Source: Ginglymostoma cirratum (taxonomy: Eukaryota). Taken from it: a stretch of DNA of 63,827 bases. Made by a program: the position numbers and the translations under genes. The stretch is taken from the NCBI GenBank assembly GCA_024137785.1, contig JAHRHZ010000029.1, positions 27,803,793 to 27,867,619 of the forward strand, read 5' to 3'. The notes below the pieces were generated by a model. The model was not told the DNA's origin, ran no database searches, and saw only the letters and a list, made by a program, of their open reading frames with translations. Below, piece after piece: positions 1 through 13,861 of the stretch. Each line of letters starts with the position of its first letter. The stretch's first letter is position 1.

Positions 1-2341
1 CCCCCTCCTCCTCCTTCAACTGCAGGATGAATTCTATCAATTCCCATAGTATGTCATACTGCAAGAGAACAGAGCTCACTAAAATGGAGACTATGAGCTT
101 TATATCATTTGGTCACATGCCATGGTATGGTGATCACATCATGAGCATGATCCTTAAAGGAACATTGCATAATTGCTGTGAGATCTAATAAGCCATGAAG
201 TAGTTTTGAAGTATAGTTACCGTTGTCTCATAGGAAACGATCAGGATATTTTGTGGAGGTGTCAATTAATAGTTTCAACCTTGAATACAATGAAATCCAT
301 GAATGCTTCACACTGTCTGATCACTCTGCTGTCAAGTGATTTAAAACATTTTATTATACAAAGGTGCTATCTGAATGCAAGTTGTTATTGGCATTAGGAG
401 TAAAGTTGGTAATATTCAGGAATTAGATGGAAGAAAGTAGAAAAGAAGCCTTTTTTTCAAGTTGATTAAGATGTTTCATTGGTATATGCAGTGAAATTGC
501 TCTATTTTATATGATTTTAATATGGAGACAGTGGTGTAAATTTAATGTCACTTAACTAGTAATCCAGAGGTCTAGGCTAATCCTTTGGTCCATTCTAAAC
601 CTTTAGGAACATGGTAGCTGGTGGAATTTGTATTTGATCAATAAACCTGGAGCTTTGACACTGTTGTTAAAACCCCATGTGGTTCATTCACGTTTTGAAG
701 GAATGACAGCTACCACCCATACTTGGTCTGGTGTAGATATTTTTAATCAACCTGTTCACAGACATGTTATGACAAACGTCTGGGGCAGGTGGGACTTGAA
801 CTCAGACCTTTTGTCTCTGGCCTGGCGTAAATATTATCCAACTAAAATGCTCAGAGATAATAATCCATACCTCTGGAGCAGATGGAACATGGGTCTCCTA
901 GCTGACAGTTAAAGACACTACCACTGCACCACGGAAACCCTTATTTTTAATCAACCTTCTTGGACATGTTATGATACACCTGTAATGCTGGTGTGACTTG
1001 AACCTAGGCCTTCTAGCCATGAGGTGTGGCCACTACCACTATGCCACTGGACCTCCTGGTCTGGTATACACTTGACTGTAGTAGCAACAGCAATGTTGTT
1101 GACTCTTAACTGCCAGTTAGGGATGGGTAACAAATGCTGGTCCAACCAGTGATGCCTGCATCTCATGAAAGAATAGAAGAAACTAAATCTGAGGCACAAG
1201 ATAAAATATTTAAGCACAGAGCGGTTCAATGACTTGCTTGTGAAGGAGTTGTTAAAACAGTCCAACAGCACAGCCTCCTAGCGAAAGTCAGTCATTACAT
1301 TCTTGAGGTTTTGGTGATAATGAAGTCTGGAGCGAGGCACTCTTGGTGGCATGGCATGGGCTGGGAAGCCCGGAGCGGGACTCTGGCAGCGGCATGCTGT
1401 AGCAGCAGAGACAGAAAAGTTGGACTCTGTTTAATTTTTTTTATTCTAAATGAATGTGAATGGCCCCTGTGTATGGCAACAGTACACACTTTATATTTGA
1501 GAATATGTGACAATAAAGGAAATTCTGTTCTATTCTATTCTAATCGCATCACTTTTTTAAAAATTGAAGTCTACTTTTTAAAAATTTAAATCCGCACCGA
1601 ATCATGCGTATCACTAGGTAAAATAATAAGTCACAAGCACTGCCCACGAGGGCCACTGCAACAATAATGAGAATAGGGGAGGGTGGGAAGACAGGGAAGA
1701 AACTAAATTGAAATGGAGTTGGAGGGGGAAATAATGGACACCAGCCCCCAAGGTGTGCACCTTCTGCTAAATGCACCCATATGCTTCCTCTTCAAGAGCA
1801 CCTGGGCATGACCATTGCATAACCATGTGCAAAATGACATGGAGAGAACTAATTTGTCTTTGTGCCAGGTGTAGTTTGTTGTCATAAGTATAAGTACAGG
1901 CAGCAGGCCGCACAGTTCCAACTCTGGTGGGAAAAAGGTGCAAAGTCTAGGCAGGGGGTAACGTGTTATTTGTTCACTAAACCAAATGCCCCAAGGAGTT
2001 TTTGGATTTATTTTCATATCATTTGTTAAATGACGATTACAAAGCCTGTCAAAGTTTGTTTGCAAATGACTTGTGGCACTAATTTTCACTTGTGCCATCT
2101 TTGCTGTTTGGCTTAATGAGCTAACTTCTCCAAGATTATGCTTGCACCAGAGCCTCAAGCACTTAATTTTCTGAAGGATGATTTTATTTTTGTACACAAC
2201 ATGGGATTATGCTGCTGACAAGGATGAACATCATTTGCACACAATTTTGTCCATTGCCCAAATGACTGACTGTTGACAACAAATCAGCTGCTGCTGTTTG
2301 CCAGTTATAATGGGTGACCTCAGGTGGTCTACAAGCTTACA

Positions 2342-2957
2342 GAGTCATAGAGTCGTATAGCACAGAAACAGACCCTTCAGTCCAACCAGCCCATGCTGGC
2401 CATAATCCCAAACCTAATTAGTCCCATGTGCCTGAACTTGACCCATATCCCTCTAAACATTTCTTATTCATGTACTTATTCGAATGTCTTTTAAACTTTG
2501 TAACTGTACCCCGATCCATCACTTCCTTGGGAAGTTTATTGCACACATGAACCACTCTCTGTGTAAGAAAAAAGGTTGCCCCCATGACTTCTTAAAATTT
2601 TTCTCCTCTCACCTTAAAAATATGCCACCTGGTCTTGAAATCCCCCACTTTGGAGAAAAGACACCTGTCATTCACCTTATCTATTCCCCTCATAATTTTA
2701 TGAACCTCTACAAGGTCACCCATCAATCTCCTAAACTCCAGTGGAAAAATCCCAGCCTATCCAGCCACTCCTTACAACTCAAACCCTGCATTCCTGGCAA
2801 CATCCTGGTTAATCTTTTCTAAACCCTCTCCAGCTTAATACTATCCTACCTAAATCAGTGCGACCAAAACTGGGCACAGTACTCTAGAAGAGGCCTCACC
2901 AATGTCCTGTACAACTTCCAGAGGATGTTGCAACTCATATACTTAAAGGTCTGAGCA
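2342..2957 (-). mobile_element. CR1-clade LINE 3' fragment
   Basis: Reverse complement of the RT C-terminal region (VRPLLEYCAQFWS) plus the tandem 3' tail (agagtcatag)n. Confidence 0.85.
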
Positions 2958-3526
2958 AGACAGTTCCTAAGAATTTTTTTTGTGTATTTTTTTGATTAAT
3001 GTTATGATATTATGCAAAATTGGTTGGCTGGTAAGTGCTACTTATGCATTTTTGGTATTTTTTGCTTTCATTGTTATCTTGCTATATTATTTGTTCCTGC
3101 ATATCGTGATTGCAGGAAGCAGCCAATTGTCACACCCTTCCACACCACTTAAGGATAATATAAACACATATCATGCAGGTATTAAATGCTATGTGTTTTG
3201 AAAGAGAAATTCCTTCTTCTACATTCCCTGTGGAAAGGAGGCGTCAGCTGGACACACTGCCAGCTCACACACCAAATATTTGCCTTCCCTCCGGTGCAAA
3301 TTGCCATAGATGACACCCATGTACACACCATGACCATATATACAAAATGTGATAAGCATTCGCATGGGTACTGGCCACAGAAATGTTATCATGGCAGAGA
3401 GTGGTTTCTGAGAGATGGTCAGAAAACCATCAATAATGAACAGACTATGGTTGCAACATCTTTGGAAGGATTGGAAACTCTGGAAAATGAGCGGTGAGAG
3501 ATGAGGGCTAGCCATACTGCTGCCAA

Positions 3527-4835
3527 GTGTATAGGAAATAAGAGTAGGAGTTGGCCATTCAACCCTCAAGTCTGCTCCACCATTCAATAAGATAATGACT
3601 GGTTTTTCACTTCAACACCACTCTCCCATCACTTCCATATATCTTTGTGTTCCCTCTGTGCTCAAAAATATATTGATCTCAATATTGAAAGCACTTATCA
3701 AATAACCATCCACAAATGTCTAGGGTGGAGATTTCCAAGGATTCACGACCCTTTGAATGAAGAATTTTATTCTCATTTCAGGAAACTGTGGGCAATATTT
3801 AATGCCCTACTACATGGTGAGTTTGGTGGTGATGTGGCATTCAATCAGGCAGGAGAGTGGCAGACAGGGTTCCTACTATCATCCCATCTCTATTCCATTT
3901 AAGTCCATAGGATGAAAGCCAATGGATGGTCTTCCTGCCTTGCTGTTATTTGAAGCCCTTGTGAGTAATTACCATCCACCAAAGGACTTCATCCCTGTAC
4001 TACTTGTATTCATACAACAGAGTACAGGGGATGTACCAAATGGGAAGTCCAAAAAGCATACCCTGTCTGTGTTGATTGTGGACTTCCAAGGAAGTCCCTT
4101 ATTCAAAAGTACTCATTGGATGCAGGGGCCCAGCATTGGGAAGGAGTTGGGCCAACTGAGAGCCACCGCACTTCCTGTCCACGATCTCCCCTCTGATGAT
4201 CATTCAGCTGCATCTGGTTCACTGCAATCATAATCCTCTGGTGAGTGCCATGCCAATAGCAGCCACCTCCACTGAGCTGAATGATGAAGAACTGCCTTTC
4301 AATGGGTGAGTCTTTCACTCCCGGGATTCTTGATCCTAGGGCGGGCCCACTTCTACCAGGTTAAGTGCCTAATTGGCATTTACTTCACCAGGCATTCCCG
4401 AAAGGTGGTGAGGTGGAGTGATCAAGACCCCTATGGCCCCGTGTTTCAAACTCCTCAGCCAGGGGTTATGACTTCTCAGCTTCTACAATCTCAGTACCTT
4501 CTAAGATATTTCCTCTTATTTCAATAAGAGCAAAACCCATTTTCCTCAACTCCAAAGAATGCAGTTCAGTTCTACTCTTTTCATAAAACATCCCAGGAAT
4601 CAATCTAGTGAACCTTTGTTACATGCCTAGTAAGGCAGGTATGTTCATCCTTAGGAAGGAAACCAGAAATGTACACAATATTCCAGGTACTGTCCAACCA
4701 AAACACTACTTAATTACAACAGGGCTTGCAATGAAAGTTAGTACACTATTTGCCTTTCTAATTGCTTGCTGCACCTGCATGTTAACTTTGTGATTTGTGC
4801 AAGGACATAAAAGTCCCTCTGAATTCTGGACTTTC
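3527..4835 (-). mobile_element. Old CR1 3' fragment interrupted by a ~700 bp insertion (3780-4490)
   Basis: ORF track shows CR1-like GGADLRVEWPTP and VQQAIRKANSVLTFIA. Confidence 0.6.
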
Positions 4836-4951
4836 CCATCTTGTCCAGAAGAAGTAAGTGCAGTAGTAAAGAGCAGACTTATCACTACCTTTAACATTAG
4901 CAAGCTTTCTTCTTCATTTGCAAGCAAATGCAAGGACTTGGCTAATTGCTG

Positions 4952-5955
4952 TGTTATGACCAATCCCTTGGTGAAGTTCCCCAAGTTAATACAGTTCCAG
5001 ATAGGATATTCCCAAATAGTGAAACTCCTGGGTGAGGAAGGATGAACTGGCTCCCTTTCTTTATTCCGCCACCCCTTGGCTGGTCACAATGAGATTTATT
5101 TTAAAAAGGATCCCTTCCCTTGGGGATGCCTTTTTACCACACCAAATTAATGTTTAAAAGGAATTTTACGTTTGCATTTATTGATTTTAAATTTTTAAAA
5201 GGAGCCAATTTAACCAGGCTTTTTTGAGTTTATTTGTTACTAAACGCAAGAAGAAATAATAATGCAACACATATGCACACAGATTACAAATGAGAGAGAA
5301 AGCAAAAAATGATAAAAATTAAAGAAGACATACAGATCAGTCTCTGAGTTCCTTGGACAATCGATGATGGATGTGCAACTGTTACATTGTGTAATATCAG
5401 GAGCACTGATTTTGGTAGGTGAGCAGGTGATTTTGAGATGCTTGGTATTGCAGCTTATCTGAAAGGCCTTGGTCCTGTTTCCTTTAAGCTGTAGTTTTCT
5501 TTGCTTTCTGGCTTTATCAGAATTTTTTTTTATCTGCAGCACAGAAATGACTAGGAGTTTTCTCAGCTGTGACCCTCATCATACACCTTCATCTACAAGC
5601 ACACACAGACCAGGGTTGAAACTGGCTTTTCACCCTCTTTCTTGTAAATTCTTAAAACGGAAAACAGAAACATGTATGTCACCCAGACTGCTCTTCTTTC
5701 CTGTTCACAGCCTGAGCTCAGAGGATTAGAGTTTAGTTTGTAGTACATTTCTCCCTTTTGAAGCTTCTTTGTCACTCATAAGGCTTGAGATTCCAGGGTC
5801 TCTCTGTAGGCTGAAGGTGATTCACACAGGATTGAAATATTTTGTTCACAACTTACATTCTTGTCATTTTTTGTACATATATAGTCTTAAAGAATCATAA
5901 TTAAAAGTACAGTGTGACTCTAGGTGATCTATGGTTATGATCTGTGTTCATGACA
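4952..5955 (-). mobile_element. Probable solo LTR
   Basis: Termini TGTTATGA / TCATGACA form a short inverted repeat; no TSD recognised. Confidence 0.4.
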
Positions 5956-7691
5956 TCAATCAACAAGTCCCTGCACTGCAGTTCTCACCCATTTTTTAAT
6001 TGGACGATTATCTTCAAGCTCGAAGTATGCTAACTACCTTTGAGAGTCATCCTACAAGTGTTCAACTACTCGGTGTTGTTCCCATATTTCCTTTGAGGGA
6101 GACTGGTTATATATGGTGCCTTTTTGACAACACCTCCATCATACAATCACTTACTCCCTCACTCTCACACTCACCCTCTATCTCTCTCTCTCAGTCTCCG
6201 TAAAAGCATTTTAATTCTAGACCCTTAGCTAAATCTTCTAGCCAAGCTTTTCCTGCACTTACAGGCACGTCAGTTGAAGAGACAAATGGGTTCTCATCGG
6301 AAGACTGAGCCAGACCAGTTCATTGCTGCAGACAGAGCTGTTCTGCACATTGCCTCACTCATTCTCATTTTTGTTCATTATTAGAAAATTGGGCCATTGT
6401 GTTCTTCTGCAAAAATGCTCCAAAGCCTGTCTCTTTGAAATTAATTTATCCAACAGACCTTGGCTTCAGCTGAAAACTGTTGGAGAGTAACAGAACACAC
6501 AGCGACTGCCTTCTGATGTTTGAGGCAATCGTTCTTAATTAGAGGTACCAGTATTATCACAGCATTGTCTGACACCTTATTGGTGTAACAAGATACATTC
6601 ATTTATTGCAGATTACAGGTTGCTGACTATTAGAGGATTGTCTTTCACCTCTGAGGGCTAGATTTGGAGTCCAGCTCTGCTGAAGTAATGATGAATGGCT
6701 TCCTTGACATCTGTATATCTAAAAGAAGAGATTACTTAAAGTAATCATGCAATGTGTACTCTGTTAACAAAAATGTGGAATTAATTTTTCAGATGGTAGT
6801 TCTCAGCAAAGCCCCATGGAGCATTAGCTGTAAGTCAAAAACCAAGTGGGACATGGTGCTTGCAGAAGAACTGAAATGGCTATGAATCAAAACTCATATC
6901 AACAATACTGTCCAGCCAAATAATACAAGTGGGGAAAAAAATTGGTTACGGTCCATTGTTGGTCTGGAAATCAATGGAGTGATTGCTCCACACACCCAAC
7001 GGAATATACAAAAGCCAGCTTGGTCATGTGCCTTACTTGATTAAAATTGGCAAGTTGCTTGCATTACTTCCACTGTACATTGGCAGCTCGCCCAATTGGG
7101 GATAATGAAATCTGGTGTCACTAGTGCTGGCACCTCTCAAAGGGAGGTGCATTTTGACTGCATTCAGTTGAATTGCAGTTGCACAATGTGGCGATCAGAG
7201 ATAAAACAGCAAGCTCATCCAGCACTGCTCTGAAGGTATTGTTGGACGACGTCAGCAGAGGAGGGAGATCACTTTTCCATACGTCAGCAAAAGGATGTCT
7301 AAGAAAACTTTGCAGCACCAGTAAGCAGAGGTGGCAAAGCGTGCCAAGGCAAGAAGCATTGTCCCTGAGAATTTTGCAGCAATACAGGAAGAATGTAGAG
7401 ACCTGGCAAAGCACGCTATGATAAGATTTCATCTCCCATTACTTTTCTACAAAACTGTGCACCAATTGGAGCCTCGACATTCAAAGCACATTACTCCCTC
7501 TTACGCTTCACTTTCCTCCAATTAAGTTTAGGTTTGTATTTATCTAGATTCGACTGCACTTAGTTGGATCATTGGAGAGACTTGCTCTTTCAAATTCTGA
7601 ACCAAATTTCACAGCATTTGAATTTGAAACTCATCCAGAGCTTTCAGAGGGAAAGATCTCTCTTCTTGAGAGTTAAATTTTCCTAATATGT

Positions 7692-7905
7692 AACAAAAAT
7701 ACTACAGATGATTGAAATCTCAAACAAACACAGAAAATGCTGGAGAAACTCAGCAGGACTGACAGCATCAGTGGAGAGAGAAAACGAGTTCATAGTTTAA
7801 GTCTAATGTGTCCCAAAGATATTTCAGACTCAAAACGTCAAATCTGTTTCTCTGTTCACAGATGCTTCCGGTCCTGTTAAGTTTCTCCAGCATTATGTGT
7901 GTGTG
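7692..7905. mobile_element. Degenerate fold-back mini-PLE (family B-like)
   Basis: aatgctggagaaactcagcaggactgacagcatcagtggagagag is inverted relative to ctctgttcacagatgcttccggtcctgttaagtttctccagcatt. Confidence 0.7.
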
Positions 7906-8630
7906 TTTTCATATTTTCCTTCATTTATTGTGATTACCAGGATGATTAACTGCAGTATTCAGGCAAACTACGAAGAGCTTGTAATATATTCATAGTATTT
8001 GAAACCAAAGCTTTGTCAATTGCAAAACTCACAAGCATTTTGGAGAGAGGAGCATTGAACCAAAACCTACCTTTACGTGAACTATGGATGGTTACGCAAG
8101 CAAGTTTTGCTAAAACAAAGTACTTTAGTCACAAAGCTGTCTGCACTTGAAACTAAGGGAAAAATGACTTGCGGCATAAACTGGCCAAAAAGCAGTGATG
8201 CATCACAAAATGGCCATGAGGATTGTAAAGATACGAAAGAGATTCTATCAACTCACCAATCTAGGCTCCATCCAATAACATAGGTTGAAGTTGAAAGAAA
8301 AGTTAAGATAGCCTGGATAAAGATGCACTATTAGGGTACAGCTTGCACAGGAAAATGGATAGTGCCAAAGACAATGCCAGCTGGAGCAACAACTTTAGAT
8401 AATATAATCACTAGCTTCTTTGTCTCTCTTACTGGTCTTCATTTACATTTACGTCACAAGTTAAATTTTACTGATGTTAAACTTTGCGACTGGAATACCT
8501 TGTGTTTTTTTTGTACTATTTCATTAAATGTATATTGCAATGAAAATACCAGTTGGAACTTAAATAGTACACACAGCAGAGGAATATTGAAGGGGCCAGA
8601 CGGAGCTGCATTGGTGGTCATCCACATAGA

Positions 8631-9230
8631 TGTATGACAATATGTGCCTTTAAGAGGGATTTGTCCTTCCTCGTTCTCTTTAAGGGGGTGTGTTGTAAAT
8701 CTGGTGTTGAGGTGTCTGCTCCACAGAAAGCAGAGTAAGTAGTTCTGGGTTTCTTTTAAATTAGACAAAAGAAGCATGAGAGGGTGGGGTCAGGCTTACA
8801 CAGACCCAAGGTTTATAGTTTTTGCTTTCAGTTGTTGAAGTTGGGATTTTTGGAGTTGAAGCTGCTAGATTTATTCTGTTGGTGTTCTTTCTTCTGGACT
8901 GGAGAAGATAGCAAGTGAGAGAAATCTGTTTTGCTGAATTTGCCTTGGCCAAACGTGTGTTTATGGGATGCTGCTATATTGGAAAAGCTGATTAGTAGTT
9001 AAATAATATATTATTTTAAGTACTTTTAAAGAGTTAAAGTTGTACTAATTTTTTTTTGTTTGTATATTAACCGTGGAGTTAAGAATGAAGTGTGTTTTGC
9101 TTCAAGCCTTGTAACTTAATCAATCAAATCACATCTGGAACACAGTACCTTACACTTGCCTTTAAATAAAAGTTAGGGTTTAGGCTATCTCCTTGATATG
9201 TTTTGTGGGGGTTTGGTCTGGTCCATAACA
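8631..9230 (+). mobile_element. Probable solo LTR
   Basis: TGTATGAC...CATAACA termini with AATAAA near the 3' end. Similar TG..CA-bounded blocks lie at 4952-5955 (-) and ~55010-55970 (+). Confidence 0.5.
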
Positions 9231-10489
9231 GATGTGACGAACATAGAGTAAAATAACGTAGGGGTCTTAAAAGTCAAGCATCAAGTCAATATTCTCCAGT
9301 GTACATTTCAATGTTTGGAAAAGAAGCAGAGTTCATTGAGTATGTAAGTTAATGGCTGTTGATATTTTGAGAAAACAACAATGCAATGTTTGTTCACTGT
9401 AACTGGGAATAATTTGCTAAACATAAAAGCACAGGAGAGACAGGCTGTACCTAAACCAAAAAGGAAGAGAGTAATATTGAGACAACAACTGAGCATCATT
9501 TGAATTAATCAGATGGTAGTGAGGTCTGAGAGGAAGCAGTATCCCAGACAGGTCTGAACATGCAATAGAAGGCAGTAGCCATATGAGTATTTTCACAGTA
9601 CTTCTGAGACATAAGGAGGACTTGGAAAATAACAAAAGGTAGGCAGTGAGGACTGTGAGAGGAGGGAAAATACATATTGAGATGAGTATGTATATAAATT
9701 AATGTTTGTAGAATTAGGACATGATTTTGGAGGAAGGATGTTATGTCATAAAAATAACAGAAGTATGTTGTAAAGGCATTAGAAATGTGGTTAACTCCAA
9801 ATGGGAATGCATAGCCTATTTAGGGTGTAGGGTGTTCAAATGACCCACTCTGGATAGTTAATAAGGTATGAATATAAAATAATGTTAGATGTATGCTCTA
9901 CTGCTCAAGAAGGAAAGTGGTTCATGATATAAAGAATTGAAAGAATATGAGAGAACAAAATATATATTTTAATATGCATCTTTGATCAACCTAATATGAA
10001 TTGAGTAAACCCAAGTAATTTGCTGTCAGTACTGTTAAAGATAATGACTGATTGCTTCATGGTGCAGCATGTTGGAGAAGACAATCGTGCTCTTCTTATT
10101 TTCTGCACCGTGTTGAGGTTGTTTTCAAAGTGGAACGGAGGATGATTCTTTTCAACCTGATTGGCTGGATTTTCCCAGTTGAACTACAAGCCCAATGGTC
10201 TCAATTTCAGGTCAGGAACTAAGTGGCAATGGCAAGATGTTACTCCTGATCTTCCCAGAGAAAATGAATTAAGAATCAGGGATGTGTGGAATATTGTTGT
10301 TCAAGTCCTGCTTAGGACTCCTACCACATGTCTTTTCACAGTACATTGACTGCATTAATGTCATTTCCTACTCTAGTCCTGAAATGGAATATCTAATCAA
10401 ATACTCTTCCAATATCCATGTTTTTCTCGCTTTTACATGGTCCATCTCTTTCTTTTTTCATCCCTTGCTCGTTTTTTTCTGCATCTATT

Positions 10490-10690
10490 TCTAGGGGAAG
10501 GCTATCAACCAATATTCACCATCAGGCACTGACTCTCTCAGTTACCTCGACTGCTCTTCCTCACATCTGCTTCCTTTAAGGACATCATTTCATTGTCCCA
10601 GTTCTGCCATCTGTGTTACAAATGTTCTGATGATACAGTCTTAGATGCCAGATTCCTCTTTCCTCAAGCAAGAATACCCCATTAACATGG
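10490..10690 (+). mobile_element. Old degenerate PLE RT fragment (host of the 10691 insertion; resumes after 10946)
   Basis: Degenerate similarity to the STNIH..TDS.SYLD.SSSH...KD.I..SQF motif of the PLE at 36739-37850. Confidence 0.55.
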
Positions 10691-10930
10691 GATAGTAAGA
10701 ACTGCCGATGCTGGAGTCAGAGATAACACCATGTGGAGCTGAGGAACACAACTGGCCAGGCAGCATCAGAGGAGCAGGAAAGCTGACGTTTCAGGTCGGG
10801 ACCCTTCTTCAGAAATGTTATTGTAGTAACAGAGATTTCTGAAGAAGGGTCCCGACCTGAAACGTCAGCTTTCTGCTCCTCTGATGCTGCTTGGCCTGCT
10901 GTGTTCCTCCAGCTCCACACTGTGTTATCT
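10691..10930. mobile_element. Fold-back mini-PLE (two family-A pLTR arms head to head)
   Basis: Arms 10691-10816 (-) and 10835-10930 (+), each with CTGAAGA...GAAACGTC. Flanks ATACCCCATTAACATGG (10674-10690) and ATGCCCCTTAACATGG (10931-10946). Confidence 0.85.
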
Positions 10931-12350
10931 ATGCCCCTTAACATGGCTGGTCCCCTTTCCTGCATTTCTGCTGTCATTTCTTACTGCATCCCTGATAAGG
11001 TTGTCCTTTGGCCCTCACCTTCTAGCCCACCAGCCTCCTCTGCTTCTTCAGCCTCCTCCAACATGACGCCACTGTTTGTTGTATTCATTTAAGCTCATTT
11101 TAATGTCCAGTAGTTCTGAAAGGAGCTATGTAAGTGCAAGCTTTGTTTTTAACGTGACCTATTATTATCTCCTTTTACATCATTGTGAAGCACCTTCGGA
11201 CATTTCTCCACATGACAGGCTTTATTTTCATGCTAATTATTGTTCCTGTTATTGAAGGGAAACATCTGAGAAATTATCATGTATAATATTAAAATCCATG
11301 TGGAAAAGATAAATCCCGAAAATTAGTTTTGGATAAACTGCCTGTTGGACAGATCAAAGTGACTAAAATACTTCTTGATTTAATAGACCTGGCTGTCAAG
11401 ACTTTCTCAAGCTATGCATCAAAGTGGTTTCCTAATCATTCTTAAGCTTTAAATACCAAGACTGACAGTAACAGTTATTTAGTGCAAAGTTCCTCATGAA
11501 ACCATAAGTATTAAACCTTTGCATTTGCTGACATCTAAGATATTCTGCATTATCCCAGGCTTTTCCGATCAGGTACAAAAAAGAAGCTAACACCTGAAGC
11601 TGATGGTTTCATGGGGCAAAGTGCCATACAGTCTTTGTGGAAGCATTCACTACTAATTTCAGTTCTTACCCTGTTAACCAGTGCCTCTACTCCTGAATGT
11701 GATGCATCAATAATGGACATTTCCTACATTATTTTTATTTTATTTGGCAGGGGATGCTGGAGATTGGCGGGGCATCTGCTTCTCTAGCTTCCTACTAAAC
11801 TCTATATAATAACAGGTACACATTCAGTGGATCTAAACACACCCTCTGACAGAGGGTATAATAAGATATGAGCTGGACACAGGATGGTTATTATTACTCC
11901 TCTTTAAAAAGCATGCCCATGACAAATATAAGAGCCCAGTCACTCCCAAGGTATGCAATGAATAATGGATACTTAAAGTGTTATGCTTTATAAAGCACTC
12001 TTCCCTCAATGTGAGAATTAAAACCTAGCATGCTTATCCTCCAATGTGACCTCAACTTTTAAATTATGAGGATCTCAGTTTCAGTTGATCATTTGTATGT
12101 GATGGATTTTTTTCTAGCAGTGATAAGAATAAGCACCTGACCAAGATTACTTTTGTGACAAGAAATCCGTACTTTTCAAATTTCCTTGAATGTGTTCAAT
12201 AGATTCTGAAAAGATATGTCTGTAGGACATATTCTTACTTTTTTTCACATTGTTATACATGTTGCCCTTTCAACCCCTTTTTATGTCTTATTCTTTTGAA
12301 TTTTTTCTCTTCAAATCACGGTTTACTGGAAGCTACACATCTAATACAGG

Positions 12351-13296
12351 GTTAGTAGGAACTGCTGATGCTGGAGTCTGAGTTAACAAGGTGTGGAGCT
12401 GGATGAACACAGCAGGCTAAGCAGCATCAGCGGAGCAGGAAAGCTGACGTTTTGGGTCAGCACCCTTCTTCAGAAATAGGGAAGGTAAAGGGGGCTCTGA
12501 AATAAATAGAGAGAGGGGAGGTGGTGATAGAAGATGGATAGTGGAGCAGATAGGTGGAGAGAAGACGGACAGGTCAAGGAGGTGGGGATGAAGCTAGTGA
12601 GGGTGAGTGTAGGTAGGGAGTTGGGATGGGGGTTGGTCAGTGAGGAGGGAGGAGCAGATAGGTGGGAGAGAAGACAGGTCATGCAGGCGGGGATGAGGGA
12701 GAGGGCTGGTCTTCAGATGAGTTTGGGGCTGGGGAGATTTTGACGCTCGTAAAGTCCACATTGAGACGATTGGGTTGTAGGATTCCAAGGCGGAATATGA
12801 GGTGCTGTCCCTCCAGTTTTCGGGTGGCATCATTGTGACACTAGAGGAGGCCCAGGATGGACATGTCGTCCAGGGAGTGGGAGGTGTTGTCGTTTGTCGT
12901 GAACCGAGCGTGGGTGCTCCACAAAGCGGTCTCCAAGCCTCCGCTTGATCTCCTAGACAAGGCCACATCGGGAACAGCTTCAAAATCTCCCTACCCCCAA
13001 CCTCATCCCAAGACCAGCCCCGACCTCTCCTCCCCGCTTCCTTGATCTATCCGTCTTGTCTCCCACCTATCCACTGCTCCCACCTCACTAACCAACCCCC
13101 ACCCCCAAGTCCTATCTACACTCACCTTTAATAGCTTCATTCCCCCCTCCTTGACCTGTCTGTCTTCTCTCCACCTATCTGCTCCACTATCCACCTTCTA
13201 TCACCGCCTCCCCCTCTCTCTATTTATCTCAGAGCCCCTTTCCCCTCCCCCATTTCTGAAGAAGGGTCCAGACCCAAAACGCCAGCTTTACTGCTC
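12351..13296. mobile_element. PLE 3' fragment with inverted duplication (family A)
   Basis: 12351-12975 (-) matches the 3' end of the 36348 element; 12976-13296 (+) is an inverted copy of the 3'UTR and pLTR. Flanks CACATCTAATACAGG (12336-12350) and CACATATAACACAGG (13297-13311). Confidence 0.85.
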
Positions 13297-13861
13297 CACA
13301 TATAACACAGGTCCTTGTTCTTTGCGCATAGAAAGAATATGTCCATGCACTGAACCTGTTTCAAGTCAACAAAATTGATGACAGCCAATCTCTGTTTCAT
13401 TTCCTCAGGGCAATGCCCTAACCAATCAGAATCAACCTTCCTGGTTTAAAATTTAGAGATTGACCGTTAACTGTAAGTCATCATTAATTGGTGCATTCGC
13501 CATGGAAACACCAAGAGTGCACATGCCAACCAGTCAGCATTCTCCTCTTAGATAGTATAAACTTTTTCCCCTTACTTTGGTGCTTTTTGTGAATTGCCTT
13601 GAGTATGAGATAGAACACTTTGACAAAGTGTGTTTTTTAGGAACACTCAATTTCTGTACTACCATAAATTTATTTAAATCATATCTAACTAAAACTGCCT
13701 TGAAGAGACATGCCAGAATATGAATGCAAATTGATATCCAGCGATTTAATTGCCATAATAAGCATTAAGTTTATCATTATTGGAGTTATGCCATCACTCA
13801 TAAAATAAATGAAGCTTCCAGTTAGTGTCAGTACTGTATCTTGCACACCATGGCCATACAA

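Noticed and set aside
7173-7421. 82-aa ORF in unique sequence
   Set aside because: TTG start, no recognisable homology and no convincing splice sites; kept only as a possible non-coding island.
10691-10930. Reading the fold-back elements as DNA-transposon MITEs or miRNA precursors
   Set aside because: The arms match the terminus of the RT/GIY-YIG element, the ends are asymmetric and the TSDs are 14-16 bp, which fits PLE retrotransposition rather than cut-and-paste TIRs.
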